From contig OZ024740.1 of NCBI GenBank assembly GCA_964016885.1, positions 227,354,001 through 227,418,000 of the forward strand: DNA of 64,000 nt, given 5' to 3'. Shown here in pieces: positions 57,163 to 64,000 of this stretch. The position numbers and the translations under genes were made by a program. Source of the stretch: Eledone cirrhosa. Its lineage: Eukaryota. Numbering within the stretch: the stretch's first letter is position 1; every line of letters begins with the position of its first letter. The notes under the pieces were generated by a model. It searched no databases, had not been told where the DNA came from, and saw only the letters and a program-made list of their open reading frames with translations.

Positions 57163-58486
57163 AAATTGATATTAAATATTAATTTGAAATTATGAGCTCT
57201 GAATCAGTAGTTCAGTATCTGAAATGTTTACTCATCATATCACAGATCAATGTGAAAATCTATCCTAACAATACTCAAGAAGATTATTTTACCTTTCATT
57301 CTCTTTAGAATTTCATAAAAGAATTTTTTAAGTTTCCAATAAACTTTTTACTGTTTGCTTTTCAAAATATTTGCATACCATTGTAAAGTGTCCTTCATCT
57401 TATCAACCTTCATTTGGTTCTGTTTATAAAGTTACTACCCAAATCCATTTCACCTCATTGATTTTTTTTCATCATGTTTTTTTGTCTTGTTTTTTGGTTT
57501 TTCTGTTTGGTTCCTGTTAAATCTTTAGCAAATGGATTCAAGTGACAATGAAATTCTTCATTGCTTTTGCCTTTCAAAGATGTGTGAGATTTCATTTAGC
57601 CATTTCCTTTATACCATTGACAGACATTTGAATGTAGAAAGATAGGAAGAAAAAAGTGGAAGTAAAAAAATGTCTCCCACCAATGGAATTACCTTTGTAT
57701 AATCCAACGTTAGTAAGAGGAAGCATCTCTAGATTTGGTGAATACATAATTGAGATATAATGCTCCTTGGCATTCTGCCATTGAAATGTACCAATTCAGT
57801 GATAGAATTCTGTTATATACATCACAGACTATATTTTTTCTCCATTTTATATATATATATATATTATCATGCTTCTTCTTCTTCTTTAGTCGTTAGAAAC
57901 TAAATCATTTTCACTGTGGAGCTGTTACCATTACCCTTTTAGAACAGTTCTTTATCATCGAAATCATCCTTGACAGTTTCAGCTTGAAATACCAAATTAG
58001 GATCATTCAAAGAAAGCTTTTACTCTGACTAAAATATCTTGAAGGGTTCTGTACTGTATTTTCTTTCTTGTTCTTTTTATTGAATTCATAAAAATCTAAA
58101 ATAGTATTTCTAGTTTTCCTTTATTTTTTCATTTCTAGCATTCGTGGCTATTATTAGCTGATATTCATTTAATTCTTTTGTTATTTTTTTTTTAATAAAA
58201 ACATTTTTAGCATATCTATTTCTAAACATTGTATTAGATAGATACAAGTTAATTTTTGATTCGTAAATACAGCAACCTGTAATCTAATACTAATGTTATT
58301 TTTGTCACCTGTCAGAGTGTAATATCAAAGTTCTTTTTGTTTGTCTCCCTATTCTGACCAAGAAGAAAAAAAACCTAATCAGAATGAAATGTGATATACA
58401 TGCATTAGGAATTATATATTGGCATGGAAAATTAAAATTATGTCAATGAGGATGATTGAATATATATATATAAAGAGAGAGAGAGG

Positions 58487-58618
<132 letters not shown>

Positions 58619-58674
58619 CAAATCTGTCACCAGTTTTCTCTATCTTTTTATTTCTTCTTTAATTTCTCATTCTA

Positions 58675-58710
58675 TTTTCTGATGAAGGACTAGCTTCTGA
58701 AACGTTAAAA
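58675..58710 (+). ncRNA. Ultra-minimal hammerhead motif
   Basis: UUUU CUGAUGA AGGA CUAGC UUCU GAA ACGU U AAAA, following a pyrimidine-rich leader. The stems are weak. Confidence 0.6.
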
Positions 58711-58876
58711 CTCTTTTTCTACAATATCAAGCATAAAACTAATAATATATTTTTTCATTATACTATGTTATTTGCTTTGTTATTTCTGTTTGTTTTTTTG
58801 CATACATATATATATGTATGCAAATATATAGTTTAAGAAAACAACAAACAGGCACAAAAAGTCTTATTATTTTCAC

Positions 58877-58940
<64 letters not shown>

Positions 58941-59344
58941 TGTATATAGATATATAAAATATATATAATATATATAGAGATATATATAATTACATATGTG
59001 TGTGTGTGTGTATCAACCAAGATACATAGAATTAAGAGATTTCAATCTCCAATACCTGAGAACTATAATGAGCAGTGACACAACCTTTCATGTCCATATT
59101 GCAAGATTGATAACAACATCAAAACATCGGACAGAGTGGATAGTGAAAAAACAAGAAAAGAATAAAAACTGATGCTGTCTCAAGAGAGAAAGAGGGACAA
59201 AAGGGGGAAAGGGAGAGAGAGGGGAAAAGAAAGAAAGCAGTTTTTCTCACTAACTAGAATAGATTTTACTCCAGCCTCCAAGTTCTTCTTATTACTGAAG
59301 AAAGAACCATAAGCACTGCATTCCAGAATAAAGATATTTATTCT

Positions 59345-59757
59345 AAGCCGACCTTACCCAATTACACCTCTCAAAGACAATGACACACGACCGTGACTTC
59401 TGGCGTCACGCAGTAATACAGAGTACCCGACCTCCCATGGGTACAAGCTGAAGCATATAGACAATATGCCTTCACACCCCCCACCGCAAGGTGGTCGTGG
59501 AGGTGCACGGCAAAAAAAGCACCCAGCCCACACTGTAAAGTGGACATGTAGGCGCCACGAAAAAGCACCCAGCACTCACTGTAAATGAGGTTGGTGTTAG
59601 GAAGGGCATCCAGCTGTAGAAATCAAGCCAGATCAGTTCCTGTATGAGCAAGGCATGGTCAGCCGACCAGACACTGCCCACAACAGGACAACCCGTCTAA
59701 CCCATGCTAGCGTGGAAGAACGGACGTAAAACGGTGATGATGATGATGATGATGATT
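59345..59757 (+). mobile_element. Chimeric non-autonomous retroposon, most complete copy
   Basis: Same 5' start (aagccg.ccttaccc) as the 26688 copy, internal aaaaagcacccagc..cactgtaaa repeats and a ggacgtaaaacgg(tga)n tail. Confidence 0.8.
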
Positions 59758-61902
59758 CTACTATAGATATGAAATTACTCTCAGGTCACAAATAATAGGG
59801 AGGTGAAATAAGAAGTGGGCTGGAATAAGTAAGGGAGTTGAAAAATCTGTAATTTTTCAAGGTTGTCTCCATGGATTTTTTAAAAACAAGAATTAGTTGT
59901 TAAGTTTAATATTGAGATTCCAACCCATCCTACTTATTTTATAACGTATGGGATTTCTAATAATGTACTTTTTTCATCATGTATAATGTGTTTTTAATGT
60001 TTAAAGAAAATTGTTGCAGTAATGCTACCACTTAAAATAAAATTTCACCTGGAATAGATTAGCAAAATTTTATAAGCGGAGTGGGGGGGTGTTGGAATCA
60101 GAGCAGGAGGGTGTTGGAATAAAAATTAATAAGTAGGGGGTTACCTCCAATTGAACTAATTACTGTGATCAAAGGTTAACATTCAATTTTTTGATTTCCA
60201 GAAACAGGTCTGTCTATGAAAGTATAGCACAATTTGACTCCTAGGAGTATGTATTTAAATTTGTATTTGAATTCACATATTTGTTCTATATATACTATAT
60301 ATGTACACAATATTAGTCCATTTTTCAATTGATATATCATGTTATATATCATTTATAATTATATTATAGGTGCTCTGAACAGAAATTTATTGAACTTTGT
60401 ACTGAGAAACATTATCGATATATATTTTATATGTATTGATTAAACCTAAAATTAGCTTTCATATGTATCATCATCATCCTCGTTTAACGTCCACTTTCCA
60501 TGCTAGCATGGGTTAGACGGGTATATACATATATATATATATATATAGTTATGTAATAAACAACATAACTTAATTATCTTATGTTGTTTATTACATAACT
60601 AAAAAGCTCTGTAGCCTACATAGAGCACTCTCTTTTCCTTTACTTTTCCTACGGAAATACTTCATTTATATATATATAGTGAGGGGGAGATGGTTGGATG
60701 GATATTTCACTCTTTTGATACCAAACACCCTGAAACTGCCCTTGCTGTTTATTTTTAAACTTTCCAGCATAAAATCTCTTACCCATTCTATGGAAGAGAT
60801 TTGGATAAATTATGCTCCAAATAGCAGTTTAATGAGAAAGTTACATTTTCAAATCCCTCTAAATTCTTGATTATTTTCAAAATTATTTGAAAATTAAAAA
60901 CTCTACCATACATTAGAAATATGGTAAGAAAAGGGTTAATTTCTTTATTAGGAAATAGAATAAATATGATTTTACAATCAAATGGCAATGTCTGTAACTT
61001 AATTAAAAGTAATGTAACAAATTGCATTACATTTCTTATCCTCTTCCTCTTCTTCACAAAGAAATTTTGAATGCTCCAATCGAAATAAAGATTTTTAAAA
61101 AAGCAAAAATGGAAAATTTTTATATACCTCATATTCTTACACCTCAACATAAAACACCTATTGAATTATAAATTTTCAATTCAATTCAGACATTTACAAC
61201 AATACAAACACATTTACTTAATATATTTATCAACTAATTAATGATTTTGTTGCCATTTTTGGTTGATAGTTTTATAGATTCCTTTTATTTTGATTAATTT
61301 TCTGTTTTTTTCTCAATGTCTATATTCTATTTATCTTTGCTTTAATTACATTTGCTTCACAATATTGCTAATTAATTCAATTCTTGTGGTTAAATAACAT
61401 TCAAAAGATTTATATCTTCATATAAGTAAAATAAAAAATTAGTGCTATGCAAAAGGGTTATAAAACTTTGTATCAACATCATGTGTTTATATGTATATAA
61501 AACTTTGTATCAACATCATCATGTGTTTATATGTATATACATACATATATATATACACAGATAAATCCACCAATTAATGGTAGGGTTCAAGCCGTATGAA
61601 GAACTCAATGTATTCCGTATGTAGATGTCGTGAAGCAAAGTTTAAAATACAAAATTTCAACGATATAATTCATTGGAAGCAGAGTCAAAATAATACAAAT
61701 AGTGAAAACAATGAAATTAAACAAAATACGGGTAATTCATAGTAAAACTCATTATTTTACGGTCGTTTCTGGGGGGTAGTTCTTCGTATGTTCATTCTAT
61801 TAGTGATCTATGTAAAATATATTACAAATTATCAAAGAAAGAAAATAATACGTCTTCAGTTTCTACTTTTGGCACAAGGCCAGCAATTTTCCAGTACATT
61901 AC

Positions 61903-62098
61903 TGCTCCAACCACAGATCTCGTCCGTCGCCTTTAGTAAGTTATTTTTTAGGAACTCCCAGCGCTCTTCTACATTGAATGTCTCTGTCTGTTCTTCTTTA
62001 CTGTCATAGGCATCAAGTAGAATATCTTTAAATCTGTTACTGGCTGAGGGGTCTTTCAGCTTCCAGATCTTTCTTCTCCAAGTTGCCTTCTGTTTCCA
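61903..62098 (-). mobile_element. RTE LINE internal fragment (endonuclease-RT linker)
   Basis: Manual translation of the - strand gives [58 protein letters not shown], typical of the RTE linker region. Confidence 0.7.
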
Positions 62099-62116
62099 AG
62101 TTCATATATATGTATA

Positions 62117-62174
<58 letters not shown>

Positions 62175-63398
62175 AGTGTGTGTATATATGTATTGTATAT
62201 ATATGTGTGTGTGTGTGTGTCTGTGTATGTATGCATATATGTAAGTATAAATACTGTCTTTAAGCTATTTCAGCATTGTCATTACTATATTAAGCATTAA
62301 TGAGTATGTATTTGAGATATGTGTTGGTATATATGTGGGTGTGCCTGTGCGTGGGTGTCTGTGTTACAAATGAATATACCTTAGGGATCAACATATTAAA
62401 CCTCATATCTATTCTTAATTAATTAGCAATAAAGATTTTGACTTCCAATTAGCCATAATTTCTGTGGGGTGAATTAAATTTTGACAACTGGCACTGCATA
62501 GGTGACATGCTAAAATATCTGCTTTCTGTGTAGTATGTCTGTGTGTGTGTGTATGTCTGCATATAATGCATGTGTATATATATATATATATATACACATG
62601 CATTATATGCAGACATACACACACATGATAATAATAAAAAGGACGAGGTGTTAGATCTTCATTACATTTATTGAAGTGTGACACACGTTTCACGATTGTT
62701 CAGCTCAAGGTTCAATCTGTATCGATCGGGCTTGACTCTGAAATCCATATGTGTATATATATAATCCAAATGTATATATATATACAAAAAAAAATATATA
62801 TATATATGCCACCTTCAACACACCATCCATATGGTGCTGACTCTCTCATACTGGCTCTTTCACTTACCCGCCACACACTCCTTTTACCTCCATCCCCTAC
62901 CCTCTATCTGACCACTGACCATGACACACCCACCCAATAGTTTGAAAGAGAGAATTTATCCATATAATAAAAAAAATTCGCAGAACACCAGTACATTTTT
63001 TTTTTTTTAGATCCCACTTTCGGAAACACTGGTCACTGGTTTAGATACACTACAGTTCAAACCCAACTGAATTCACCTTTGACTTGGAGGTTTATATAAT
63101 AAATACCTGCTTCATACTTGGGTTCATTCAGTTGACTCTACTTCTTTTGCCTTATAAAAATCCTGCTAATACAGTATCAAATAAGAAATCATTATTATAT
63201 CCTTACAGGGTCGATAAAATAAAGTACCAGTAATGGGTAATAGCTGGCCTTGTGCCAAACGTAGAAACAATTATTATATTCCCCAGAAGAGTGTACATGA
63301 TAGTGGCTTTGGTACCAGTTCTCTGAACTGAAATCATTCAAACTATACATTGACACATTCCCTCTACATTTTCATTGCCCTCACTTTTCCTCTTTCAA

Positions 63399-63655
63399 GT
63401 GTGTTGGACTTACAATTATAACGTCATGGGTTTGGTTCCTGGACTGAGTTGTGTGTTGTGTTCTTGAGCAAAACACTTTATTCACATTGCTACAGAACAC
63501 GCCACTTAAAATGAGTATCAGCAGTAGCTGAGGGTTTAATCCTGCAATGAACTGGCATCCTATCCAGGAGAAGACATGTACTCTCACTCACTTAATTCCA
63601 TGGAAAATGGAATAAGCACTTGCCTGATGAGCCTCTGGGCTCGAGACAGACTTTT
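63399..63655 (+). mobile_element. tRNA-derived SINE family B, 5'-truncated
   Basis: Colinear with 40865-41128. Confidence 0.75.
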
Positions 63656-64000
63656 AGACTTTCCCTTTTTGGTACCAGTTCCGTGAACTGAAACCATCTC
63701 AGCTATATACAGCATACTGGATTAAGTCCTTTTGAGGCTCTAAGCCCTTACAAGGCTATGATACTCCCCATATATAAATCCTACAAAATGATGTAATTGT
63801 AGTTAGTTGAAGCTAGAATATCTTTGAGAATAGATTGGATCAGGGCTGACCTGGGGCTAAAAAACTAGACAAGATGGTTATGGCTTGAATGTCTTTGATT
63901 ATTGATCTGATCAATCAGAAGTGACAAGCCATTGTACACCCCCTGTACTTCTTGCAGCTTCAATTGTGGTCAAGAACACCTAATATTAAATTCTAAGTGA

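Overview
AT-rich, microsatellite-dense animal genomic DNA. The repeat content looks like an octopus-type cephalopod, but this is inferred and not verified. The only host coding sequence I can support is two consecutive + strand exons (11534-11907 and 55177-55408) of a neuroglian/L1CAM-family cell-adhesion gene, encoding FnIII domains 1-2 and separated by a 43,269-nt intron. Almost the whole window is therefore probably intronic. It is filled with RTE-clade LINE fragments, several modular tRNA-derived SINE families (some sharing the RTE 3' tail), Tc1/mariner-, hAT- and piggyBac-type MITEs, and (TA)n/(CA)n/(ATG)n/(GA)n repeats. The most striking signal missed by the ORF track is a set of about ten sequence-unrelated minimal type-I hammerhead-ribozyme motifs (CUGANGA-stem II-GAAA-palindromic stem III-UH), some apparently intact, plus further half-motifs. 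Many sit in inverted-repeat pseudo-LTR remnants of Penelope-like elements, one lies downstream of a GIY-YIG C-terminal remnant, and several are on the sense strand of the neuroglian-like pre-mRNA. All folds and translations were done by eye, and repeat boundaries are approximate.
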